A stretch of DNA of 64,000 nt from Eremomyces bilateralis CBS 781.70 (taxonomy: Eukaryota): NCBI GenBank assembly GCA_010015585.1, contig ML975151.1; one strand, given 5' to 3'. The translations under genes and the position numbers were made by a program. This document shows positions 1 to 11,434 of this stretch, in pieces. Each line of letters begins with the position of its first letter. The first letter of the stretch is position 1. Under the pieces are notes generated by a model, which made no database searches, was not told the origin of the DNA, and saw nothing but the letters and a program-made list of their open reading frames with translations.

Positions 1-918
1 CGTCATTGTTGGGCCCAATCCAAGCAGATAGAACCTGGGCACCAGGCGCGAAAACATCGACGGGTGGGCCCCAGTTCGCCCAAAATGGCCTCACATCTTG
101 TATATCCGATGCCGACACCGTGCATGAGTACGGTGATGCGGCTGGAGAGAAATACTCCGCGGAAAGGTTCGCATTAGCTGCAGCGGCGGCAACGAATAAT
201 CCTATACCCAAGATTAGTTGGTTTAGCACCTTGGTCTCCTTTACTTACCAGCATTGTAGGCTTGCTCTACAGCGGCATTGACTGCATCGAACTCGGGATT
301 ATTGTATCCGTATTCTTCCGGCCAGCCGTAATTAGAAATGCCGACGGACAAACTAAGGACACCTCCTTTCCTACAGAGCGAATCTCGATTGGCTTGATAA
401 TGGTTGATGGCCTCCTGAATGCCAGCCGGTATCGAAGCTCCTTGACAATCAAGTTCATAGCAGAACTCGATACCCAAAATGCGAGTCTTTTTCGCAATGC
501 CGTCACCCCCGATGTGAACACTGGCAACCTTTAATGGGTGGGTTAGACGTTTACAGTGGTCTCAAGGAGCGATACTGCTTACTCGAGGGTCGGCGGATAT
601 CCTTGCTGCTTCATCAGCAGTCAATGGAGCTACAATGCCTTGGAACTTTTCGAAGTTGTAGGTGTAAAGAGGTTTGACTATATCGAATTCGGCCGCTTCG
701 ACGGAGTTTCCAGGCTTCAGTGTAACGATATAGTTTCTCCCATCTCCAGCGGACACTGGTAGTGACTGCTGCGGCGAAGGGAGAAGGGAATTGCCAAAAG
801 AGCGAGGGAGAACCGCAAAGTGACTAGTAACTATGAAGGTGAGAATGGCCAATGGGAACTGAACGGCTGGTTCAAGACTTGATGGGCTTGTGGTCCGTCT
901 CTGTTGACCTTCAATCAT
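1..918 (-). CDS. Subtilisin (S8, proteinase K-like) homolog with I9-type propeptide; internally deleted, probably non-catalytic or a pseudogene; runs off the window start
   Basis: Propeptide-like YIVTLKPG...LYTYNFEKFQGIVAPLT...DPRV. Introns 582-529 (GTAAGC..CTAAC..AAG) and 248-202 (GTAAGT..CTAAT..TAG). The spliced frame reads GIAKKTRILGI...VLSLSVG...AVNAAVEQAYNAGLFVAAAAANAN...YFSPAASP...CTVSASD...ANWGPPVDVFAPG, typical of S8. Start codon uncertain; 918 is the nearest in-frame ATG. Confidence 0.8.
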
Positions 919-1989
919 TATCAAGAGGCTTCGGCTTTTTATATTACCTGTCTCAACACATCTAGCCGAAGAGGCTGTTCTCTTGACCCATGACTCATGA
1001 AGACATTGAGATACGATGGTTCGATTGACCGAGGCTTCCCCCAAACTCTAAATCAGTACGTATTTACATCCTCGGAGTCTCAGAGAAGGGATTACATTTG
1101 ACCTTCCATTCTCAGAAACGTTCCCAAGCATTTACCTGGCGAAAAATGAACTGGTTGTGACGACGACTGGGGTGGGAAGCATAGATATCGTTCGTGGTCG
1201 CCACTGTAAGGTTTGCGCGTACAGATTATGGAATCGAGGTTTTCGAAAAGAACTCTGGATTTCACCAATAGTTACCCCCTTTAGGATTCTTACGCATTGG
1301 CCGACTTAGGTCCCGACCAACGGGAGGCGTTGTTAGATACACGCGATAACGGACGCAATGACTTGCAGAACTTTGGTCTCCAACGGTGAATCCAACCCCT
1401 AGTATGCCTCGGTGTCAGCGAATACGAAATTACCAAGTGGCAATCCGGGGGAGATCTCAATGGTTGAATGGAGGAGTCTTCCAGAGACAGCTTGGCGCTG
1501 GACGAAGGCAATAGGCTACCTGACTCTGTTGAGTTTTATCGTGCAGGTAGTGAAAAGGGGACGTGATGGCTGCAGTCAAGAGACATTGAAGGACTTGAAG
1601 GATTTGACGGTAGGTCATGTATCCTAGCTGCATATCAAATCAAAGCCACATTTACTCCTAACTTACTGAATAGAATGCCGTGACTTACTAGGTTGCCGTG
1701 GGATTTTGCGACGCTATGTTACCGCATTCGGAAACCAGGACAGGCAAGGGCTCAGGGCTCCCCAGTCGGGCCAGTCCCCAGTTCAAATGCACATAACTAG
1801 GTATATACACGCAGGCATAGTGAGTCAAAAGTCCCACGGAATTGTACCGAATGATTACTTTTCTAGAAAATAAGTCCGCAAGGTTGCGACTTAACAGCTT
1901 CACACAATAATGCAATATCGAACCAGTGAATGACATGTTTGGTTACGTAGTGCTCTCATTCCCAGATCCGGCGTCCCCCCCAGTGTGTG

Positions 1990-2176
1990 TATGTTTTTTA
2001 AAGATTACCTTATCCGGTTAGCGTCGCACAAGGGCTCCCCTTTGATTTCTCGCTCTGCATAGTACCGCTCCAACAGAACTTGTCAAGGAATTATAAGTGT
2101 AGTTATGAGACTTGCTAACTAATACCAACCCCTGCGCAATGCTAACCGGATAAGGTAATCTCTGAAAAACATACTG
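1990..2176. mobile_element. MITE-like element with ~45-bp imperfect terminal inverted repeats
   Basis: TATGTTTTTTAAAGATTACCTTATCCGGTTAGCGTCGCACAAGGG (1990-2034) matches the reverse complement of 2129-2173 (TATGTTTTTCAGAGATTACCTTATCCGGTTAGCATTGCGCAGGGG). The right end reads CAGT inward. No clear TSD. Confidence 0.65.
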
Positions 2177-3246
2177 TTGGAAATCAGAAGTTATTATTTA
2201 GTCATCACGCAAGATTTCTGTCGCACGTGGTGTGTTAAAATGGTTGGGAGTGAGGTGCTGTTGTTACAGCAGAGAAGTTGTTGTATTATGTGTTGTGTGT
2301 AAGTTGTGTGTTCTAGCTGAATGCCTGGTCCCCCGGCCCTACAGATATACGAGAGTCACGGCAAGATTAATAATGCAGTTTGTAGCCTTGGACTCCTAGA
2401 GCTCATGCCTTGGCCTGCGACAATTTCTTTCCTTGTTCTTTATCTTACATAAGCTCGGGTATATCTATCTTGCGATGTATCCCATAGCTTACACAATACA
2501 TGCATTTCACTCCCTCTGCCGGAGAACCTATTGCTTCCGTGATTGATCGACACGTCTAAAACAATTAACACATACACATGCTGGGGAGGGGCGCCGTATC
2601 CAGGAACGAGAGTACATGAGGATGCCATAGTAAAACCTCGTTCCTCAGATGCTAGGCTCTCACGGCGAAGTCCCCAGCACCCTTCGCCGAGACCGCTGGA
2701 CAGGGGCATTTCGTCCAATTAAGAAACATAGACTCAACTTACATCTCTGGTAACTTAGCGTAACTATTCCTTAACTATAATCCATATTCCACACGGATGC
2801 ACAAAAAGTGAGTAATCTGATAAGAATTATTCCGCAGCCCGTGATCTTACACTCAATTGGTCGGAATTCCCCTTTCCAACGGTCTTGGCGAAAGGTCCTG
2901 ATTCTCAAATCCTGTCAAATTCTGTGGTACCTCTGCAGTCTGCACGCCTTGTCGTCATTGGCTCATTGCCGTCTGACAGGCTATTTAAGGACCTGAAATT
3001 CCCCCAACCCTCTACCTTTAGTTAGTTCGCATTACCAAGCAGCTTGATCATAGCCTCCTACAGCAAATTCACGTTTCTCCCCTGATCATAATACTTAAGT
3101 TGGATGTAAAGAGAAAGCAAGGAACGATAGAACAGGGCTGGGTGCCTGAAGTAGGGAACCCGAAAGTTGTTGTCAACTGTAAAGGCTACCTCGGCCACGG
3201 TAATCGATAGAACAGCTCGTTTGTCCGTTCTACTATAGGCATGGAT

Positions 3247-4209
3247 CTAGAATCGATACTCGCCACTTTGGTCAAGAAAATATACCAGTCCACCGCTCAG
3301 GGCAGCTGCAATTACACTTCCGTGATCTTCATCCAGATACTCTCTTTTCTGGATTATGCGGAACCGTTCATTACTTAAAAGCTCCGAGTAAAGTTCGTTA
3401 CAATTGTCGGCCATCCGACGCCGCTCTGCGACGCTCTTCCTCCACTGAAATCTCTCCCAAGGTTCTCCTGGTTCGCGAACTGGAGCCTGCTCCCTCGATC
3501 CGTACGACAACCGAAGAACTGGACGGGAAGATATTGCCGGGCTGCCACGAAACCGCGCCGCTTCAGACAAGATAAAGCGATCATTCCACCAGATTGACGG
3601 GCTTGCGGCGAGGTAAACATCGAAGCTGGATGGTCGTGTGAAGAGGGTGTGGAGCACGAATAGCCCGCCATAGGAATGGCCGAATATCGCTGTTCGGTCG
3701 AAGGACACTTGAGGAAACACTTTCAAGGTGATGAAAGGCTGTACAACTTCCGTGATGAATGTCAAGAATTTGTCTGCGCCTCCATAAGCATTGGGCTTTG
3801 GCTTCCCATCGGGTCCATCTGGCGGCGTGTAATGGCCACACGGTGGAGTGAGGTCGACGCTTCTACGAGGGCTGAAGACAGAGTCCGTTAGAGGGTATCC
3901 CACTGCGACGACGACAGTCCCCGTCTCTTGAGGCCGGTGAGATTGCCGTCGTCGGAGGGTTTCTGTCGCACTGAGAAACAAGGCATTTCCGTCTACTAGG
4001 TAGCTAAGATAATGAATCAGCCACAGATTTCTAGGTATTCTGGTATGCTCCACGTACATAGCGTTTGCAACAGAATTTTCCTGCGCAGACCAGGCTAAAG
4101 GCCACGAAACGTCTATTTGGTAAGGCTCATGATTCTGGCGTGAGATCTGCCACGATGCCATATTCCGGGTTGTACCGGGCTGGCTTGGGCTAAACGTCCA
4201 CTTGGTCAT
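3247..4209 (-). CDS. Siderophore esterase, IroE/Fes-like alpha/beta hydrolase (EstA/EstB type)
   Basis: YLVDGNALF, VAVGYP, RRSVDLTPP, GGADKFLTFI, nucleophile motif GHSYGG, AASPSIWW, C-terminal EDHGSV. In-frame 54-nt intron at 4057-4004. Divergent from a siderophore transporter. Confidence 0.92.
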   Translation of the reverse strand: MTKWTFSPSQPGTTRNMASWQISRQNHEPYQIDVSWPLAWSAQENSVANAMYVEHTRIPRNLWLIHYLSYLVDGNALFLSATETLRRRQSHRPQETGTVVVAVGYPLTDSVFSPRRSVDLTPPCGHYTPPDGPDGKPKPNAYGGADKFLTFITEVVQPFITLKVFPQVSFDRTAIFGHSYGGLFVLHTLFTRPSSFDVYLAASPSIWWNDRFILSEAARFRGSPAISSRPVLRLSYGSREQAPVREPGEPWERFQWRKSVAERRRMADNCNELYSELLSNERFRIIQKREYLDEDHGSVIAAALSGGLVYFLDQSGEYRF

Positions 4210-4346
4210 CGTAATGCGACAGAGTCAAATTTAAAACTCTAAGAGATTCAGAAAAATGGTCTGAAAGCGACTGGGAGGTAAATATCTCTTCCATCTTAAA
4301 CTTTGAACGGGGCCGGAAATCCGCTCTCTCTCCGAATGAGGTGTGA

Positions 4347-4454
4347 CGCCATGCTAGAAACGGATTGGCGCAGCTTGGCATTTATTATCAGATTTGCTAG
4401 TTTCTACACTGGATTTTGTATTGCCAATCTGTGATCTCGGCTTTTCACTCTGTT
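4347..4454. promoter_or_regulatory. Composite iron/pH regulatory module, copy 1 (esterase-proximal)
   Basis: CTTGGC (reverse complement GCCAAG, PacC consensus GCCARG) at 4374-4379; TTATCAGAT (reverse complement ATCTGATAA, SreA consensus ATCWGATAA) at 4385-4393; GATCTCGGCTTT at 4433-4444. Confidence 0.75.
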
Positions 4455-5134
4455 GACACGACCATTCTCACCAGTGGTCCATTCTTTGTTTACATCCTGT
4501 ACAGATCGTAATGCCTCCTGCACCTATTCTGGCCACGTCTGGCCGCTGGGTGCCTGGACCCTGTTGAGGTAAATTCTGTCTAATCCGACAAATAGCGGAT
4601 CACGTGGATAGGCGAAAGGAAAGCAACTGGCAGAAATATAAAGGAAATGTTGGACTTCATCTCATCTTTTTTTTTCCTTTCTCTTTACAAAACATCTAGA
4701 GATATTGGACAGTCACTCAGATACAACAATTGTAATCAAATGCATTGTTCTTGCCTCTCCTCTCTCAATCGGTCGTCTAGAGTCTTCCCATTGTACAGGC
4801 TGAGCCTCTGTGGATATTCCAATCTTAACACACTCGCTACTGTATTTAATTCTATTTCTTCTCTAATCAGATGTCTCTCCTTACTGTGTGATCCTGTTTA
4901 GTCGGATTTAGTTTACTTTTATACCCGGCGCCGTCAATAAATTTCTATGAAGGATTGCCGTTGCTTGCGTATGCCCTAAGTGCCTAGAACAAGACTAAAA
5001 CACCGTGGCGTTAGGGGTTTGCGGTTTGCCCAATCAACTCACCACCTGAAGGAAAAGCAGAATTTACCCGATTGAACAAGATCTTGGGGTAGAACTTGCG
5101 TCGCCATCTTCACAACTACCACACTAGCGGGGGC

Positions 5135-5510
5135 TTAGCGCAGCTTGGCATTTGTTATCAGATCAGATCAGCTGGTTTCTGGGCTTTTTTTATGCTCTGA
5201 ATCTGCCGATCTCGGCTTTCACTTCTTGTTCACTTTCATTGCTTCTCTAATTAGATTAACTGTTAGATACCTCTTCCATCGCTCCCTTCATGGCTGGCCC
5301 GCTAGAAAGTTTAGCACAGCTTGGCACTGTTATCAGATCCATTGGTTTCTGGACTTGTTGCGACTCTGCGATCTCGGCTTTTACTCCTGATTTACTTTTA
5401 TCCTTCTCTAATTAGATGCCTTTCCCTGGAGCTTGCATTGCCGTCTCCACAGCTGCCACGCTAGAAACGGAGGGCTTGGCATGGTGCATTTTTTTTATCA
5501 GATCAGATCC
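5135..5510. promoter_or_regulatory. Tandem composite regulatory modules, copies 2-4 (transporter-proximal)
   Basis: CTTGGC at 5144, 5320 and 5475; TTATCAGAT at 5155, 5330 and 5495; GATCTCGGCTTT at 5208 and 5370; CTTCTCTAATTAGAT follows copies 2 and 3. A TATATAA box lies downstream at 5639-5645. Confidence 0.78.
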
Positions 5511-5727
5511 ACAGGACGATACATACAATTGGTCATTTGGTCGTGACTGTGGGTTCTCTTCCCGCGTGGCCTGACGTTGATTTGGGATACGAGGAACTCC
5601 AAACCAAAGAGAATGGGGGGAATATTCCGAGAGGGCAGTATATAAGCCGCTGCTGCGTGTCATTATTCCTGTCTACACACTACCAAGCGTTCTTCCCTCA
5701 GCCTTACATTCTTGGAGTCCCAGCGTC

Positions 5728-7887
5728 ATGGCTGTTGAGATCTCGGTAACCCTTAAGGGCGAATCAAATATAGAGTCAGCCGTGGAAAAATCCAATCTGA
5801 CTTCCAATGAAGAGCTATCAGATTTGGAGAGCCTTCAGGCAGGTGTGCAAAGGGCTGAAATCCTGCGGAAGGGCTGGACAAAACAGGGACTGATTGTGAC
5901 TTTCATTGGGTAAGCAGCAATACATGTCAATATTATATATCCAAATTGATCTGCTGACCAGAGTATTCTCGTAGGCTTTTCCTCGCAACCCTCGTTAACA
6001 ACTTTGGTGATTATTCTACTCAGGTGTACGTCCCTTATGCTACCTCTTCGTTCAAACAGCATTCTGCGATGTCCGCCGCACGTGTTGTCGGCAATATCGC
6101 TCGGATCGCAGCTTATCCCATCATCGCAAAGCTGGGAGATGTAAGTCAGACACAGTCCTTGATAAACGCCTGGCTAACTTCCCTTAGGTCTTCGGAAGAG
6201 CGGAGATGTTCGCAGTGTCTATTTTGACTCAGTCTATTGGGTCTGGTATCTACGCGGGTTGTCACAATGTATCACAGTACATCGTGAGTACCCACCGGAC
6301 GACAAAATATACAAACCTTGCTGACCGCCATTACAGGCTGCCGGTATCTTTGAAGCTATTGGGTTAGTAGTTCTGATTGCATTTGTTTCATTGTACTAAC
6401 CTATGAAGATCTACAGGCTTCAGCCTCACGCAGCAGGTATTCGTGGCCGATGTCACAAATCTTATCAATCGAGCTGTCTGGTCGACCCTCCCTGACTCCT
6501 TAACGGTCATCCCAGCATTATATGTGGGAACGGAGATTGCAGAGCATATCCTATCTGACTCGACATGGCGCTGGGGTTATGGCATGTGGGCGATCATACA
6601 GCCTACGTGCTCTATTCTTCTAATCGGCGCGATGCTCTATTACCAGCGGCGTGCTCCAGCGAGAAAACATATCACAGAATTGTTAAGGTGGAAGGGCACT
6701 GACAGCTGGTGGAAGCGCATATATGACCTAATTTGGGTGCAGTTGGATCTCTTTGGTGCAGTCCTCCTCCTCCTGGGGTTGTCCCTTTTTCTGGTTCCGT
6801 TATCTTTGACTGGGTCTGGAAATAGCGATGATTGGCACAAGGGGTCATTCATTGCCATGCTCGTCCTAGGAGTTGTCTTTTTCATGACATTCATTGTGTG
6901 GGATGCGTGGTTCGCAAAAAAGCCGTTCATCCCCTATAGAATGGTCAAGAACCGCACCGTTGCTGCCGCCTGCTTATTGGGAGCACTTGATTTCTTCCAC
7001 TATTCAGTGTTTTCGGTTTTCTTCACCAGTTACCTCCAGGTTGCTGGCCACTACAAGCCTGGACCAGCTACAAGGATCGAGTACGTCCTTCTCTTGCTAT
7101 TTGCAGCCGCAATAGAGCTGACTAGAGTTATAGCAACTCCCTCCGTGTGGCCTTCCAAGTCTCGGGGATCTTCGCTGCTTACTTCATCAAGTTTACTCGA
7201 CGGTCTCAGATATGGGTTCTAACCGGCGTGCCTCTTTCTGTCCTTGGCATGGGCGTTCTCCTCTACCTCATTGATATGGGCGATGGCAAAATCGGAAACG
7301 AGGCGGCCTTTGTGACAGCCAAATCCTTGATCGGTATTGGCCGTGGGTTTTACCAAACTGCATCCCAAGTTTCAGTTCAGAGTAAAGTTTCGCGACAGGA
7401 AGTTGCTGTCGTGACAGCTGTGTTCTTTGCTTCGATGAGTGTTGGCGGAGCGATTGGTACAAGGTAAATTGATCCTACTATCCCAGGAGAAAGGACGTGT
7501 AATATTAACAGCCCTGATAGTGTGGCCGGAGCGATCTGGCGCAACACGCTGCCCAAGAAACTCAACCAATATCTCCCAGCGGAACTGAAGAATCAAACAG
7601 AGAAAATATTCGGAAGTATTGTCGTGGCGCAGAAATACGAAGTGGGCACGGCCGCGAGGGATGCTATTGATATGAGTTACCGTCAGTCGCAGCGACTGCT
7701 GGCCATTGCAGCATTAGCTGCGTTAGTACCCATGTTGATTATCATGTTCTTCCTGGAGAACGTCCACTTAAACGAACAGGCGACCCTAGCTCAGCCAGAG
7801 TTGAACGACGAGGTTGTGGTGAAGAAGGAAGGGGAAACTGATGTTGTGGTGAAGAATGAAGGTGAAACTAAGAAGCAACCACACTAA
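5728..7887 (+). CDS. mirA: MFS siderophore-iron transporter (SIT/ARN family), MirA-like
   Basis: Multi-exon. [140 protein letters not shown]. Closely resembles A. nidulans MirA as recalled, so the symbol is tentative. A 30-bp tandem duplication lies at 7813-7872. Confidence 0.88.
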
Positions 7888-8754
7888 TACCCATCTCCAA
7901 CCCAAGGCCCTATATAGAGAAGGAATCATACTCAGGTGTATAAATGTCTCTTTCGGAGTCACATTAGTAGACATTACGAATGCAACTCAGCCCAAAGGCT
8001 ACTCAGTATACTCCTAATGTCACAGCACGCATAGGGCAAGCTAGCGTGGTATAAATGGTGTTCCTCTTGCAATTCACTTGCGAATCGCAAGGGAATGACA
8101 GATTCTGAATTATTGCACACTGCGGTTACAACGAGACTGATCCTGAAGGAATCAGGGGAAACTATGTATGTGGTTAGGACGACCGAAAAGGGCAGAGTAG
8201 CTAGATCATATGACCTGATCACGTGATCCAATAGAGTACTCCAGACATCAGGTATAGACTTGGTTGACACGGTCTGGATGCGCAAGGTCTGCGATTACCA
8301 AGTTCCATTAATCTAAACTGAAGAGAGAGAGAGAGAAGAAATCTCCCGGCACCTTTGTGCGCGAGATAGCGACTCTCCTCTCCAATGCCGTAGCTAATGC
8401 TGTGTTACCATGTTTGTTTGCTTCTCTGATATAATCCACCAGCCACGTCTTCAGCCACAACCAAGGGAACAGACCGCAGGCCTGGGACCATAACACTGGT
8501 GTCACAATTTTATTAAATTTCGAAAAGATTTAACTAAGTAGTAATAAATAAAGTTGTCCGTATATACTGTACGGCAAGCTACAATTAAATTTTCCTTAAC
8601 CGAATAAATAATACGCGGGAGCCGAGCACGAGATTCTGAAGAACGAAAAGAAGATATTTCGGTAAATACTATCATACCAGCCCCGTGGCGAGCATCGAGC
8701 TCAACCCACCATCCAACAGGGTCGCAATCAGCGAAGAAAGAGACGCATTGAAAG

Positions 8755-10746
8755 ATGGGAAAGTCGAAACCGCCTCCCAACTGGCGAAGGAAACACGAGG
8801 AGAAGAAGGCACCGGTCAAGGTATGCTCATCTATCTCAGTGCGATACAATCCGTTTATTTTCGTTCCTAACTGGGAGTAGAAAGTCATGACCGAAGACGA
8901 CTACCTTGAAGCGACCGATGAATTTGAAACGGCATCTGCCAAATGGCGTCGGGGGTACGTCTCCAATTCGTCTAAGTCTATGAGCAATTGCTTATGATAG
9001 TCTAATAGTGATTTGGCCAAATCGGTCAGGTTCATTCAACGAGCCTTCGATTCCTATGAGGAGGGCCTCAAGGCGTTCCCATCAAGTTTTGACTTGGCAT
9101 ATAATAAGTAGGGATCCCAGACTCTATTATTTGATGGGGAGTCCACCCACGGGCAGATATTGATATTCGACAGGGCCGTCATGCAATACGAAGTAGCTAG
9201 GAATGATGCCCTCGCCCAGTCATTTGGCTCCAAAATGGATCTCCTTCGGTCTGCCTTAGACTCGCATCGATACGCTCTCCGACTGAAGGAAGAGAACCCG
9301 GATGTACTGTTCAATACAGCGCAATTGCTCACTGAGATTTCCGAGGAACTAGACGAGTTCGAACGCCCAGGCCTGCATGTGAGGGAAAACATCAGCCTAC
9401 TGCAAGAGGCTATCGAACTTTTCTCTGCGTGCCTCACTAGACAAGAGATGCTCTTCAGCGATTTCCAGTCCCAAGAGACGGCGCATGCCAGTGGTATCGA
9501 GCCATCGGACTCAGAAGCTCAAGCATTGCCGGCGGCAGACGAAGCAAAGACCCCGAATGAAGAGGAATGGGCGGTCGTCGAAGAACCGGTTACGGCGGAG
9601 ACACTTATCGACAGCACCGTCGCCATGCTCGATGCCCTGACCGCGCTCCTCAAGGTTTTCGCCTCTCTTGATGAGCCAGAGGCATTTAACCATCCCGGCT
9701 TCTCGGCCGCTGCTATCGTCCGCATAGGGCAGCCATTGATCGAGCAGAAATTGCCAGCGTACATCGAACTCGTACCAAAATCAACTGAGAAGGAGATTCA
9801 GCAACCCACCCACCAAGCTCCACCAACTCTCGTCCTGTCCGCCACAGGTAGTCTTGCAAAGCCTGCAGCTCAGCCCCCACTTCAAACTCTTCCCCCCGGC
9901 CAGCGTGTAACCGCAGAAGAAGCATCCATTGCAGCCGCTAGGTTTAGAGCGGCATTGGCATGTGCAGAGTTCAACAGTGGACTCATTGACCCCCGGACGC
10001 TGGTCAGAAGCACCAATAATGCATTTTTATCGATGGTCAGCAACCGATCTTCAGTTGATGCCGATGAATGGGATCAGCCCCGAATCGGTTTCCTACCGGA
10101 CACGCCAATGGAGGCACTGGATGCATACTCCGATGCCGTGGAAAACGTCAATCTTCACTTATTTGGCTATCATCGGAGATCTCCCTCCGATCTAACTCCC
10201 GAAGACATCAGAGTCCGCCGGCTACTCGGACTAGATGCGCTAAAGCTGTCACTCAGGTGCCTCAACGAAGTGATTGAAGGGTTGAAGAACAGATCCAGAC
10301 CTGTGATAAACCCAATTGAGGACGAAGTGGGATACACGGTCAGTCTGTATGTCAGAGCAGGGGATGCGGCGTTGCAGGCTCGGACACATGCACTACATCT
10401 TGCCGAGGAGGATCCTGGACTTTTCACTGAGGAGCAGAGAGAACCAGCGTTTACCAAGCAAGCGCAAGAGGTCTTCAGCATTGCAGTATCTAGCTATGCC
10501 GAAGCAGGGAGACTCCTCGATGAATTTGGGGGCGGAATTATGGATGATGTGGCAAAGCTGCGCCACGACGTCAAGGCGATGAGCCTTATTGTCCGCGGCA
10601 TGAGGGGGGATCTGTTCAGTTCCATCGACCTATCCACATCTGAAGATCCGCGCGATTTGAAGCCTGGTTGGGTAGACGACATTATGCTGGAGATGATGGG
10701 GAAAGGCATGATTGAGGGCATTGAGGTAGACAATGTGGGTAGATAA
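8755..10746 (+). CDS. Conserved fungal helical/TPR-like protein (UPF0656-like)
   Basis: Three GT..AG introns upstream of the 528-aa ORF splice in frame to MGKSKPP..MTEDDYLEATDEFETASAKWRRGDLAKSVRFIQRAFDSYEEGLKAFPSSFDLAYNKAVMQYE; later NPDVLFNTAQLL and EEWAVVEEPVT. Confidence 0.75.
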
Positions 10747-11434
10747 ATCTGAGTTGGAAATGCGCGAGCCAGCCTAGGACGACATAATACAATATTGATA
10801 CGGATTAAGGAAATTGAGGGTTTGGTAAGTTCCCTGCTTGAGCATGTCGCTGCCCGATCCGATAGCAGCTTTTCCCTATGTTCATTGCAATTGACCAACC
10901 CATTTCACCAACCTCCTATTTGCACGGCATTCACGAACGGTACCCTTCGAGTGTCGACCTTAACTCACAACTCACAACCGCCGCGGAGACTATAGACACG
11001 AATCCGAATTCCACTACACCACTGAAGCCCTTCAAATACTACCACAGGGGCAATCCGATGAAATCTCCATTGGCACGAGCACAATACTGCCTAGGAATAC
11101 ACTGGCCGATATTTAAGTGAAATAAAGAGTAAAATAGTGTTAGTTAGTAGGAATGAAGTGCGGAGAGCGGAGATTGCATGTGACTACGGGCCATCCCGCT
11201 GGGTTCAGCCCCTGACATGACATCAACAAAGGGGCCGTGGGCCGTGAGGGGGTGTTCTGCCTTCTGTGTTACATGTCTCATTCACCATGTAAATCGAGTT
11301 TCCTACCCCAAGCAATCAAATTGGATTGTATTTAGACGTGTCATTATTACACAAGAGCTGGGCTCTTCCATATCATTTCCACAGGTTGATAGAGATAGAT
11401 TATACACGCGTCCAACCCTCCAACTCCAGCGACG

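Noticed and set aside
5135..5510. Repeat-spacer appearance suggesting a CRISPR-like array
   Set aside because: Eukaryotic context, degenerate multi-box units, homologous spacers and no cas genes; better explained as duplicated promoter modules.
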